Below, in pieces: positions 1 to 17,003 of a stretch of DNA of 64,000 nucleotides. The translations under genes were made by a program, and so were the position numbers. The stretch's first letter is position 1; each line of letters starts with the position of its first letter. Below the pieces are notes generated by a model. That model saw only the letters and a program-made list of their open reading frames with translations, was not told where the DNA came from and ran no database searches. Origin of the DNA: the human T2T-CHM13v2.0 reference genome, Homo sapiens; the NCBI RefSeq assembly GCF_009914755.1, contig NC_060942.1; one strand, 5' to 3'.

Positions 1-100
1 GGAGAGGCAGAGGTTGCAGTGTCCGAGATCACGCCACTGCACTCCAGCCTGGTGACAGAGCGAGACTCCGTCTCAAAAAACAAAAAAAAACAAAAAAAAA
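1..100 (+). mobile_element. Alu 3' end
   Basis: Right-arm end plus A tail. Confidence 0.9.
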
Positions 101-1124
101 AGAGAGAATAAAATAGTAATAAACTAAACCAAGGAGGCAAAAGAGTTATATAATGAAAATGATAAGACATTGCTGAAAGAGATTAAAGAAGACACAAATA
201 AATAGAAATACATCTCATGTTCATGGATTGGAAGACTTAGTATTGATAAGCTGTCCATACTACCTGAAGCAGTCTACAGATTCAACGCAATCTGTATCAA
301 AATCTCAATGGCTTTTTTTTTTGCAGACACAGAAAAAAAATCCTAAATTCATATTGAATCTAAAAGGACCCCAAATAACCTTGAAAAAGAACAAAGCTGG
401 AGACCTCACACTTCCTGATTTCAAAGCATATTACAATGTTAGAGTAATTGAAACAATATGGTACTGGCATAAAGACAGACATATAGACCAATGGAACAAA
501 ATACAGAGCCCAGAACAAAATACAAGGCATATTACAAAGCTATAGTAATTGAAACAATATGGAATTGGCATAAAGACAGACATATAGACCAATGGAACAA
601 AATACAGAGCCCAGAAATAAACCCTCATGTTTACTGTCAAAGATCTTCAACTAAGATGCCAAGACTACACAATGAAGAAAGGATAGCTCTTCAACAAATG
701 ATGCCGCGGAAATTGCATATCCACGTAGGAAAGAAAAAAATGGGCCCTTAATCTACATCATATACAAAAATTAATTCAAAATGAATTAAAGACCTAAACC
801 TAAGACCTGAAACTATGAAACTAAAAGAAAACATAGGGGAGAAACTTCATAACATTAGGAGAAGGGCAATGATTTCTTGGCTATGACACCAAAGGCACAG
901 GTAACAAAATATAAAATAGACAAATGGGACTACATCAAAAACTTCTGCACAGCAAAGAAAACAACACAGTGAAAAAGAAACCTACAGAATGGGAGAAAAT
1001 ACTTGAAAATCATTTATCTGATAAAGGGCTAACATCCAGAATATATATTTTTAAATGTTCAAGGGATACCTCGTTTACCCTGATATTATTATTATACATT
1101 ATATTCTCGTATCAAAATGCGAGT

Positions 1125-1127
<3 letters not shown>

Positions 1128-1167
<40 letters not shown>
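1128..1167. repeat. (TA)n microsatellite
   Basis: About 20 TA units seen directly. Confidence 0.95.
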
Positions 1168-1170
<3 letters not shown>

Positions 1171-1209
1171 TACTATGTACCCATAAAAATTAAAAATTTT
1201 TTAAAAATG

Positions 1210-1891
<682 letters not shown>

Positions 1892-1937
1892 TCAACATCT
1901 CTAATCATCAGAGAAATGCAAACTAAAACCACATGTA

Positions 1938-2212
1938 GTCTGTAATCCCAGCATTTTGGGAGGCCGAGGCGGGAGGATTACAGGAATTCAAGACCAGGCT
2001 GGCCAACATGGTGAAACCCCATCTCTACTAAAAACACAAAAATTAACTAGGCGTGGTGGCATACCCCTGTAGTCCCAGCTACTTGGGCGGCTGGGGCAGA
2101 AGAATCACTTGAGCCTGGAGGCGGAGGTTGCAGTGAGCTGAGATTGCACCACTGCACTCCAGCCTGGGTGACAGAATGAGACTCCATCTCACAAAACAAA
2201 ACAAAACAAAAC
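1938..2212 (+). mobile_element. Alu, 5'-truncated
   Basis: Alu body with (CAAAA)n tail. Confidence 0.9.
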
Positions 2213-2213
2213 A

Positions 2214-2639
<426 letters not shown>

Positions 2640-2935
2640 CTATGGACAACAATATGGAGGTTCCTCAAAGAATTAAAATAGACATAATATAACCCAGCAA
2701 TCCTACTTCTGGGGTATATGTCCAAAAGAAGCAGAATCAGGATCTCAAAGAGTTATTTGTGCACCATGTTCATTACAGTGTTATTCATAATAGCCAAGAT
2801 GTAGAAGCAGCCTAAATGCCCAGGGACAGATGAATGGATAAAGAAAAGGTGGTATAACAGGTAATGGAATATTATTCAGCCTTAACAGGATGTAAATCCT
2901 GGCATATGTTATAATACGGATGAACCTTGAGGACT

Positions 2936-3308
2936 GTCTTAGTCCATTCAGGCTGCTATAGCAAAATACCATAAACAGGCTGGCTTATAAACAACAAAAA
3001 TTTATTTCTCACAGTTCTAGAAGCTGGACCTTCAAGTTCAAGGCAGATGTGGTGTCTGTAAAGAGCCAGGCTTTCTGGCTAATAGACGGCACCTTCTCGC
3101 TGTTCCTCACATAGAAGGGGAAAGGAGTCTCTCTTGGGACTCTTTTACAAAGGCACCAATCCCAGTCATGAGGACTGCACCCCCATGACTGACCTGATCA
3201 CCTTTCAAAGACCCCACCTCCTAACACCATCAACTTGGAAGGCAGTGTTTCAACAAAGGATTTCAACATAGGAATTTGGAGAGGGGACACAGACACTCAG
3301 ACCATACC
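2936..3308 (-). mobile_element. MaLR LTR (MSTD/MLT1A-like)
   Basis: tgtcttagtccattcaggctgctatagcaaaatacca...tttatttctcacagttct signature. Confidence 0.8.
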
Positions 3309-4979
3309 GTCAGGAGAAATCAAATCTTTGAACCTAAAAGATTTGGTAGCTACACCAAAAATAATGTGGTTTACTCTTAGCTTTCGTCTTCCCTTTCTTT
3401 AGGAGGTATTTTCAGTTCCCTGCGGCATATATAAAGGTACTAATGTGTGGGAATAGGGAGGAGATGACCCTAAGCCAGCCTGGCTGTTCCAGTGTGAGGA
3501 GGTGATGTCCAAGTGCAGTAAGAGTTAACAAATTGAGGGTGGGGAAGCGGGTACCAGGCAGAGAGAACCACTTGGACGGAGGCAGGGGGCCGAGAAGCAG
3601 TGCGGTGGGGTGGATGCTCAGGAGTGCGTCTCACCACTGCCTTCATCTTTGCACCCCACTGCCTAACAGCATTTGCTGAGTAAATGTCTGCTCAATGAGT
3701 AAACAATAATATATGCAGAGATTTTCATCTGAAAGAGCCCAGTGAAAATGAACAATGAGCAGAACATATTGGGCACACGGGGGTGCATTATCATTATGTG
3801 TGTGTGTTTTAATTGTGGTTGCAGGGAGTAGAAACCAGATCACTAAAATTGCTCTGCGCGTGAGGAAGGAAGGATTTCTTTGTGGCCTCTAAGGAGGACA
3901 GGAGGAATCCGGCCATTAAGACAGACTTAGCTTTGTGCTGGCGCTGCAGGGTACAGCAGAGGCCTGGGACAGGACAGCTGAGGGATGGGTAAGGCCAAAA
4001 CTTCTAAATTGCACCCTTTCTCCCCGGGTTTGTACCATGTACACAGGGACCTCTACTAACTCCTCCATCACCCTGGCCACGTGGCCATGCTAACAAACCT
4101 TGGTAACGTTTTTGTTTTCCAATTCCAAATGGTGGTTGCACTTGACACATTCAGATCTTTGATTAATTCTCAAACACTCCAAATATTTTCAAAAGGTCTA
4201 GATTTAGTTATTGATGTTAACAAATCTGCCAGGCCTGGGTAAATTTTCTTTTGCTTTTCAAAAAAAAAAAATAAGGTTTCTTTATTGTCTTGGATGCAAA
4301 TATAGTTTTAAAATGCACTGTGGTGTTGAATACAGCTGATGGAAACGTGCTTCTTGACGGCAGAGCATCAGAGGGGTGTACTCAGGGTGACATGGGCCGC
4401 AGGGGGCCTCTGGCCAAACCAGATTCTTCTCCAGTTTGTTCTTCAGACCACGAGGTGGAACCGTCTCCTCAAAGGAGCCCTGCCACAATCACCAAAGCTC
4501 ACACCAGAAAAAAACACCATTTACACAATAAACTGAACCTGAACAAGAAACAGAACATGGTGCTTCCGCCGTGAACAAAATCCGCAAGCGAACCCGCTTT
4601 CCTTTCCCGGGCTGTTCGAAAAAGATACAGCTAGAGAAATGGGGGCACTGTGGGCGGCCTGTGGGGGACGGGCTGGAGCTGCGGGGCCCGGGCTGAGCCC
4701 TTCCAGCCTTTTAACTGCAGGATGTAAAATCTAAGGAAATGTATAGAACTTCAGTTTCTCCCAACCGTCCACAACCTCAACTCTTGAGACCACCAAATGT
4801 CTGTTAGGAAACGCAGAAGAGAGTCCTTCAAATGAGCTACACCCAGGTTCAGAGCGCAGAACCAACAGTGTGACTGGGGCATGGAGGTAAATTCTAACAC
4901 ATAATTGGAGGGGAATTTCACAAAAACAAAATCCTGTGAAGTAAACACGCACATGCAAGCTTGTGCAAGTGCGCACGCG

Positions 4980-4982
<3 letters not shown>

Positions 4983-5012
<30 letters not shown>
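4983..5012. repeat. (CA)n microsatellite
   Basis: About 15 AC units, preceded by alternating purine-pyrimidine gtgcgcacgcgcgt. Confidence 0.95.
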
Positions 5013-5015
<3 letters not shown>

Positions 5016-5811
5016 AACACAGTCAACATTCAACGTGAAGAGTTCCCTTTTCTTTCTTGAAGGTTGATTTTTACAAGCTCCGACAAGGAAAGAGTCCCAT
5101 GCGGTGGCCGGTGGGGCCAAGACCTCAGGATGAAAAGGCCGCAGCTGCTCTGCCCTCACCCACTCTGGAGGCCAGCCCTGGTAGAAGCATGGGGGTGGGG
5201 GTCCTAAAACACTTCGTCAGCGTTCCTGGAGCCTCCGCCAAGCTTCCCACGTGCCCCGTGTGTGTCCCTCACATCACAAAAACCTGTCCAGCCGCCCAAG
5301 GGCCTGGGTAAATTTTCATATGACTTTGGAGGCAAGGGACGGACGTGTGGCAATGATGCTATTAGGAATGAATGGGGGCCCCAGGCGAGGCTTCCTCATC
5401 CCCTACACCCCTCTACCGAGGTCATCTAGGTAGCCACACCTCAGGACAGGGGCCCATCTTGATGGAACAGCTGCCTCTGCTTGCTGGAAAACACAGCAGG
5501 CAGGCCGTGTCCTCCCTCCTGAGTCCTAAGGTGTTTACTGGGCACTGTGATTTCCAGTCATGCTGGGAACACTCAGGCCTGCAGGACAGCCCTGTGCAGA
5601 TACCCAGGCATTGTTAACACAAGAGAATTCCACATCCATGCTGACCCTGTCTGCCCGAGGAGAGCCATCTTGTGCACACACAAAGCAGGCAGCTGTGTTT
5701 TCCATGTGGACCGTGTGAGAACTGGAATGAGAACTAAATTTAAACCATTCTTATTGGTCCCAGGCTTATTATACAATATATTCATTTCAATTGTCCTGAA
5801 TACATACTTTT

Positions 5812-6050
5812 GTTTTTTTCCTGAGATGGGGTCTCACTCTGTCACCCAGGCCGGAGTGCAGGATGCCTCAGCATCCTGAGTAGCTGGGATTACAGGCGCC
5901 CGCCAGCACGCCTGGCTAAGTTTGTATTTTTAGTAGAGACAGGGTTTCACCATGTTGGCCAGGCTGGTCTCGAACTCCCGGCCTCAAGCAATCTGCTCGC
6001 CTTGGCCCCCTAAAGTGCTGGGATTACAGGTGTGAGCCACCTCGCCTGGT
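5812..6050 (-). mobile_element. Alu with an internal deletion
   Basis: ggagtgcag joined almost directly to tgcctcagc. Confidence 0.88.
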
Positions 6051-6142
6051 CCTGAGTGCATATTTTAGAGAATAAAATCACCCAACTGCCCAGCAGATAC
6101 ATGAGGATGAGTGAGGTTAAAGAGGACACAAGCTGTTTCTTA

Positions 6143-6484
<342 letters not shown>

Positions 6485-7042
6485 TCACATAACTAGAATC
6501 CTTTATTTCCCTAGAATAGATGGCCTGCATTCCATTTTTAGGAGAAAGACAGAAGAAACAGTTGTCAGAGATTTAGTTAAGGCAACCCTGCCTTAACTGT
6601 CCTGGAGTCCGTGTGGGAACAGCTCGGGCTCCAGGCCTTCAGCACTTCACTTCGTTTGCTCTGTGGAGAGAACTAAAGATTGGACTGAAGAGCCTCTTCC
6701 AGAATATTCAATTCTTAAAAACAAAGTCTGACTATCTTCAGCATACTCTACTTAATTTGTCAGGATGGCTTTCAGAAAATTCTTCAAAAACAAGAGCATT
6801 CTCTTATTAGTATTGGATGAGTCCTCGGGAATGAGTGTTCGTGGGGGACTGATCTGAGGAGAACAGGCTGCCTACTTGGCCTTTCATTGTACTTCCCCAG
6901 CCGTGTGTCCATCTTCCTGCATTCCTAAAAAGAGAAAGGGATGATTTCAGATCTAAACTGTGCACTTTTTCTTTTTAATTTTACAATTTGCATACCATAA
7001 ATTTATCATTTGTAAATACAAAACTCAGTGGTTTTGTTTTAG

Positions 7043-7440
<398 letters not shown>

Positions 7441-7825
7441 TAGCTTGTAAACTTTATAAGCTGTTATAAAACTCTTCTCCCCTCCCCAACCCCTGCCAAC
7501 AACAAATCTACTCTCTGACACCATGTATTTGCTTATTCTGAGCAATTCATAGAAAAGAAGTGATGGAATATGTGGCTTTTTGTGGCTGGCTTCTTTCACT
7601 GAGCGCATTTTCAAGTTCCATCCATGTCGTAGCCCATGTCAGCACTTCATTCCTCTTTTCTGCCAAAGAATATTCCATTTATGGATATAGCATAATTTGT
7701 TTATCCATTCTTCAGCTGATGGACATTTGAGTTGTTTCTACTTTTTAGCTATTATGAATAAGGCTGCTATGAACATTTCTGTCTATGTTCTTATGTGACC
7801 ATATGCTTTTATTTGTCTTAGATGC

Positions 7826-8490
7826 TATATTAGGCTGGGCTCTCCAGAGAACAAAAACAGGACTTACAGGACACACACACACACACACACACAGAGTATA
7901 TACACACACATACATATAGGTGCATGTGTATACACATATATACAGTATACACACACATGATTTACTATCAGGAATTGGCTTGTGTGATTATGGAGGCTGA
8001 GAAGTCCAAGATCTTCAATCAGCAAACTAGAGACTCAGGAGAGCCAGTGCTGTAAGTTCTAGTCCAAGTCCATGGGCTGAAAACCAGGAGAGCCAGTGCT
8101 GTAAGTTCCAGTCTGAGTCTGATTCTTATTTTTCTTTTTTGTTTTGTTTTTTGTTTGTTTGTTTGAGACAAGGTCTCACTGTGTCACTCAGGCTGGGGCC
8201 ATCACAGCTCGCTGCAGCCTCGAACTCCTGGGCTCAAGCGACCCTCCTGCCTCAGCTTCCTGAGTAACTGGGACTACACGGGTTCGCCATCACCTTTTTT
8301 GTTCTTTGCAGGCCTTCAATGGGTTGAATGAGGCCCGCTGGCTTTGGAGAAGGCAACCCGTTTTGCTCTGTGTACTGATTCAAACATGAGTCTCATCCAG
8401 AAACACCCACAAAGACAGCCAGAAACATGTTTAACCAAACATCTGGGCCCCTTGGGGCCCACGTATGTTGACACAAAATTAATCATCACA
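7826..8490 (-). mobile_element. MLT2 (B/C/D-like) LTR with (CA)n and an internal Alu monomer
   Basis: ctctccagagaac...aggaattggcttgtgtgattatggaggctgagaagtcc...gttgacacaaaattaatcatcaca. Confidence 0.8.
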
Positions 8491-8743
8491 GCTACACTCC
8501 TAGGAGTGGAATTGATGGACCACATGATAACCCTATGCTTCACTTTTTGAAAACCTGCCAAACTATTTTTCTACAGTGGCGGCACCATTTGACCTTATCG
8601 CCAGCGATGCCTGAGGGCTCTAATTTCCCCATACCTTGCCATGCCATCCTGCTGGGATGTGGCATCTCTTTGTGGTGAGAAGTGGCGTCTCTTTATCTCT
8701 TTGTAATTTTGATTTACATCTTTCTAAAGACTAAGAATGTTGA

Positions 8744-9109
<366 letters not shown>

Positions 9110-9257
9110 CTATGCCCATTTTTTAATTGGGTTACTTATCTTTTTACTTTTAAGTTGTAAGAATTCTTTTTACCTTCTGGATAATAGAATCTTATCAGAT
9201 ACATAATTTTCAAGTATTTCTCCCACTCTGTGGCTTGTCTTTTTATTTTCTTGATAG

Positions 9258-9600
<343 letters not shown>

Positions 9601-10147
9601 ACAATAGATCTTTGAGTTGAGTAATACAAGCCCTGCTTCCTTTCCCCTAAAGAAGCTTGAGTCAAACCTACATTACTCATTAATGCATTAATGTGAGCAC
9701 ATTCTTTTGATATTGAGTCCATAAGAGAATATGTGCCTAGGAATTCACAGAAATCTAGCAGCTTGGACTTCCCCACACTGTAGAAATGGGGTTTGAGGAA
9801 CTTCATTTCAGCACAGGTCAAGGGGCTCCAAATGAGTTTGGGTTATGCCACTATTAAGGAGATATTATTCACTATTATTCATTGCAAATATTGTTTACTA
9901 CTTTTATTGTAATAACACACTAGTTTAGCTAAATTTTGGATAAGATAGACTTTTGAGAAGCACAACTTAAGAAGCACATTTAAAGCATTATGCCTATGGC
10001 ATGATGTTTCAAGTTCTAAATAACCACATAATAGAAACACGCAATCCACAGAGAAATTGGGAACTTCCTACATATGATTTCATTAGTTATCTCAGTAATT
10101 AGTTTGGCAGATTTTGAGTAACCAAATTTTCATCTTTGCAATATATG

Positions 10148-10465
10148 TTTCTTTTCTTTTCTTTTCTTTTCTTTTTTTTTGAGACACAGTTTCACTCTGT
10201 TGCCCAAGTTGGAGTGCAGTGGCGTGATCTCGGGTCACTGCAACCTCCGTCCCCTGTGTTTAAGTGATTCTCGTCACTCAGCCTCCCAAGTAAGTAGCTG
10301 GGATTACAGGTGCCCTCCACCACTCCCAGCTAATTTTGGTATTTTTAGTAGAGACGGGGTTTTGCCATGTTGGCCAGGCTGGTCTCAAACTCCTGACCTC
10401 AAGTGATCTGCCTGCCTCGGCCTCCCAAATTGCTGGGATTACAGGTGGAGCCACTGTGCCCGCCC
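10148..10465 (-). mobile_element. Alu (S-type)
   Basis: Full dimeric Alu. Confidence 0.9.
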
Positions 10466-10656
10466 TGCAATATTTGTTTCTTAGGGAATAAACTCTTAAC
10501 TAAATAACTGTTAAAAGCAGATAATGAGTATGTTAAAAATAATAATTGAAATGAGATTCTTTTCATTGAAAGAAAATACTTTTATGTTCTAATTTTTTAC
10601 CAGACTTTAAACACTTTTTCTTGATAAATAGAATCAATTTCTAATTATAAGCCTGA

Positions 10657-10915
10657 GGCTGGTGTGGTGGCTCACACCTGTAATCCAGTACTTTGGAAGA
10701 CCAAGGTGGGAGGATCGCTTGAGACCAGAAGTCCTAGACCAGCCTGGGCAACACGGTGAGACCTATCTCTACAAAAAGTAAAATGAAATTAAAAATTAGC
10801 TGGACATGGTTGTGCATGCCTGTAATCCTTAGCTACTTGGGAGGCTGAGATGGGAGGATCACTTGAGCCCAGGAGTTCAACGTTATAGCAAGACTCTGGC
10901 TCAAAAAAAGAAAGA
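10657..10915 (+). mobile_element. Alu (J-type) with a right-arm deletion
   Basis: ggaggatcgcttgag AluJ diagnostic. Confidence 0.85.
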
Positions 10916-11741
10916 GAGCAAGAGAGATGCATGCATGCTTATTATAAGATATTCAGAAAATATAGTTCAAAAGAATATATAAAAATAATACAAATATCAC
11001 CCATAATCCTTATAGCCAGAGTTAAAAATTGTTAACCTTCTGGTGTGATACTACCCAAACTTTTGAAAATACATATATAAATGCATATATATGCATTTTA
11101 AAAAAATTACATAGAATTGTGTATGTTGCTTTTGAAAATTATTTAATTATATAAGTGATGAATACAGTCCCACTATAAACTGCTTCCTAGCTGGTCCTTC
11201 CTACCCTATGCCCCTCCTCCTGAGTGACCCATTTCCAGTTTGCTGAACGCTCTCTGACTTTTCTGTGAATCACAGTATGAAAGAATATGGCATGTCCAGC
11301 TTCCTATTAAACCTTCCAGTAGAGGGAACTGTTTGACTATCTTCTCTTTTGATGCATAAGTTCTATTTCTTTTTTCTTTATGAAAGTCTAAGCATTTTGT
11401 ATGTTATTTCCACAATGCAGAACGGTATATCAGATTATAAAGTTAACTCTACTGAGTAGTTTCTAACCTAAATAAGATTTTTACATCTTATATTCCCTCT
11501 TCCACCTTTTCATTGGTTTTTGTTTTCTTTGACCTTGAGATGACATGGTTTTTAAAGGATATTGTATATTCGTAGGGAAAAAAATCATTACTGCTGGCAG
11601 AAATATAATTGTCTCTTTCCTTTGAGAAAAGGTAAATCAGGTAAAAGGAAATAAGAGGTGAGGACGAAGCTTAATTTATCTGGCAGCAATTCAATTTAAA
11701 ATTCTAAACAGATTAAAACTATACTGAAACAAACAAAATGA

Positions 11742-12040
<299 letters not shown>

Positions 12041-12996
12041 CAATTTTTTTAAAGTTTCTTTGAATGGAGATGCTTTGTATTTAGATGCTCTGAAAATATT
12101 TGTTTTTCCAAGATAATAAATTCTGTGAATATAAGTATTTTCAATAATATTTTCTGTAAATTTTATATATGTATATATACTCTTTTTTAAAAAAAATTCC
12201 ATAGCAGTTCTTAATTAAGAGAGCTCAGCAAAACCCGCCGGCATCTTCGGTCCATTGTGATGATGCAGTGGTGGTTTTGTTCTCACAGCTGTTAGCAATT
12301 TGCATATTAACTAAAATACCCTGAAATGGTGTAGTTAGGCAATGAAATATCCTAGTTATGAGAGTTTTCCAAATAACTGATACTCATTTAAATGCCAACA
12401 CTTTTCATTTTTAACCACTGGAAGGAAATCTCTCTCAAGAGATTCAGCTTCTAAAGCAGGGGATATTGAAACCTATGTTTTGTTATTATTGACTGTGTTG
12501 TATTTTAATCCCTATGGGATTGTCTGTGTGCTCTTTGATCAGTTTTTCTCTCCCTAGCTGGCGAAGTGTGTTTGCACAGTGCCTGTATGTATCACTTGCT
12601 TAATGAATATGTGATGAATAAATGAATGACGATGACGAGACTGCTGCTCTCCAACTGTCATTTTGCATGTAGCAGCAGGTCCTGCTACTTGGCCATTCAA
12701 GCCCCGTATTCTCCCAGCTCCCCTCCCCTCCTGAGTCCCCCACCTCTTAGTTTGTCACATATAATCTGCTATGTGGAAAACCAAAATAGCCAAGTGTATT
12801 TATTAAAATTGTATTAAGAGTTAATGAAGAGTGGAGCTCAAAATGGGGACCTAAGAAACTTGGCCTTAGGAGCCTCTGTCAGCCATGACTGTTTCTAAAA
12901 TAGATCATCCTTCTGAAGCAGACAGTCCAAGACTGGGCATTGCTTTTTGAAATGTGTGTGTAACTTATCTACAAGGATATCGTAAGCAAGGCATTA

Positions 12997-13208
12997 GGCT
13001 GGCTGTGATGGCTCACACCTGTAATCCCAGCACTTTGAGAGAGCCCAAGGTAGGAGGGTCATTTGAGCCCAGGAGTTCAAGGCCAGCCTGGGCAACATGA
13101 CGAGACCCTGTCTCTACAAAAAATACAAAATATTCGCAAAGTGTGGTGGTGTACAACTGTAGTCCCAGCTACCCAGGAGGCTGAGGTGGGAGGATCACCT
13201 GAGCCTGG
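12997..13208 (+). mobile_element. Alu (J-type), 3'-truncated
   Basis: Ends mid right arm, no tail. Confidence 0.85.
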
Positions 13209-13642
13209 TGCCACTTCCAAGCATCTCCTGAATGTGACCATGTCTTATCATTGTCACTGTCGCCTGGTCTAAGCCACCATCATCTCTTATCAGAATTGTC
13301 TCCTGGCCCTGGCTCCCCTCTGGTCTCCTGTGGGGGACCTCGAAAGCTAGAGTTGCCTGGAAAGGAGGGGGTGATGGAGCCTGCAAATCTGGTCCCTGCA
13401 GGGTGGCCACTGGACAGACACAGGGTGAGGGGGGTGGAGAGAGACCCAGGGCCGCCAGCAGACACAGGAGGCTCGGGCCCTGCATTGCACGCCTGAATGT
13501 GGTCATTTGCTGCATAGTGTGGGATTTTTCAATGTATAAAGTGTCATCCTCAGTCAGACTGTCATTGCTTTAATTTCTTATAAAACGTGTGCTATGCATT
13601 TGAAGTGCACAAGACCATTTCCCGCTTAATACTGGGAAGACT

Positions 13643-14003
<361 letters not shown>

Positions 14004-14222
14004 TCACGTGTGTGGTGGGAAGGGAGAAGTTGTGGAAAGAAAGGTGGACTCCATTCACAATGATGACATCCCTGAGAGGGTGAATGGGGGCAGCCAGGGT
14101 GGCAAAAGGACCTGCCGAGGAAGCGGCCGGCATCTGTGACCCCGTGGCCTGTGCTGCTAGAACAGGCACACGCCTGGCCGCCATCCACCAGCAGATGGTT
14201 CTTATTTAAATTCGGTGACAAT

Positions 14223-14544
<322 letters not shown>

Positions 14545-14599
14545 TCACACAATATAAATGTGCACACACACACTGCCTCAGAGTTTAAATGTAAGATGA

Positions 14600-14905
14600 G
14601 GCCAGGTGCCGTAGATCACGCCTGTAATCCCAGCACTAGGGGAGGCCGAGGTGGGTGGATTGCTTGAGCCCAGGAGTTTGAGACCAGCCTGGGCAACATA
14701 GCAAGACCCCATCTCTACAAAAATTAGTCAGGCGTGGTGGTGCACTGGTAGTCCCAGATACTCGGGAGGCTGAGGTGGGAGGGTCACTTGAGCCCGGGAG
14801 GTCCTAGCTGCAGCGAGCTGAGATTGCACCACTGCACTCCAGACTGGGCAAAACAGTGAGACCCTCTCTCTCAAAAAAATAAAAAAATAAAAAATAAGTA
14901 AATAA
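14600..14905 (+). mobile_element. Alu (J-type)
   Basis: Full dimeric Alu. Confidence 0.9.
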
Positions 14906-15431
14906 ATTTAAGATGATACACTGAGTTTCCAGTAGGTAGGCATCTTTGAAGGCTATTTTGTTCTGTGCTGAATGACCAGTGTTTGAAACTAAATTTGACA
15001 TGCTGAGTGGCCATTCTTCACTGAGCTTTTATTTGGGGGGAAAATAATTAGTGGTTCCTGAACAGAGGCCAGCACTGTGGTTTCTTCCAGCAGCTCTTCA
15101 TTCCCACCCCAGAATGGTTTCCCACTTCCCTTCAACTGCAAAATGACTCCTCCTGGTACAGCTGTGGCCGGGATCTCCCCAACCAGACCATCCTTCTCAC
15201 TGTCAGGACTTTTAGAAAAATAGATAAATTCAGGCAGATGAGTTTCAACAGAGAGAAACTCTTACTTTTCAATATCTCTCTTTACAGTATTTGGCATTTT
15301 AAACATATTTTGGTCTTGAGAGAAATTTGAAGATAATAATTATTCAGCACATATTGACTGAGCACCTACTACGTGACAGACATGGTTCTAGGCACTGCAG
15401 ACCCCTGCCCTCTTGAGGAGCTTACATTTTA

Positions 15432-15998
<567 letters not shown>

Positions 15999-16644
15999 GG
16001 TACTCTGCATACCGTGTTGAAAAGTAACCTGGAAAAAGCAGATTAGTTTGGGATAGTCACCAGTGTCAGCTTGTTTTTCTTTTTTTGGTCACTTTCTTGC
16101 TCAGCGATCTCTGATGCTTCCTTTAGTTTGTCCCTCAGCCTTTGGGTCTGCACCCAGCCTCCCCTCCAAGCTCCACTGGGATCAGCTGTTTGCCTAAACT
16201 CCCCTCAGGCCTGGTTCTCCTGTCTTCCACCCTCCCTTCCAGCCCCAGCCCTTGCTCCCGTTTCTGCACTCTTGGAATCACTCTCACCTCGGGCGTGGTG
16301 GCTGCTTCCTGAAGTCTCTGGAGACACACAGTGGTGCACACGCTGGCCCTCTGGACTCGCTGGTGTCGGTCGCCTGCCCCGTGGCCACATCTCCTCGGAT
16401 GCCGCTTCAAGGTCGCTGAGCTGCGTATGAACTATTTCCCCATCCACATCATCTCCTAGGGGGACAGTCACCTCCAGGATTTACCTCAGCTGCTCTCCAT
16501 GGACACGATAGGCTCTCAGAAAAAGTTCTTTTGTTGATGAAATGGAAGAGAACCCATTAAGTAGACACACTCATACACAGCTTCTAAATAGATCTACCAG
16601 ACCTCGTCCCCTGCTCTTAGAAGAGATAAACAAGTAAAAATTAA

Positions 16645-17003
<359 letters not shown>

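Noticed and set aside
8036-8115. Direct repeat caggagagccagtgctgtaagttc
   Set aside because: Lies inside an MLT2 LTR, where such internal repeats are common
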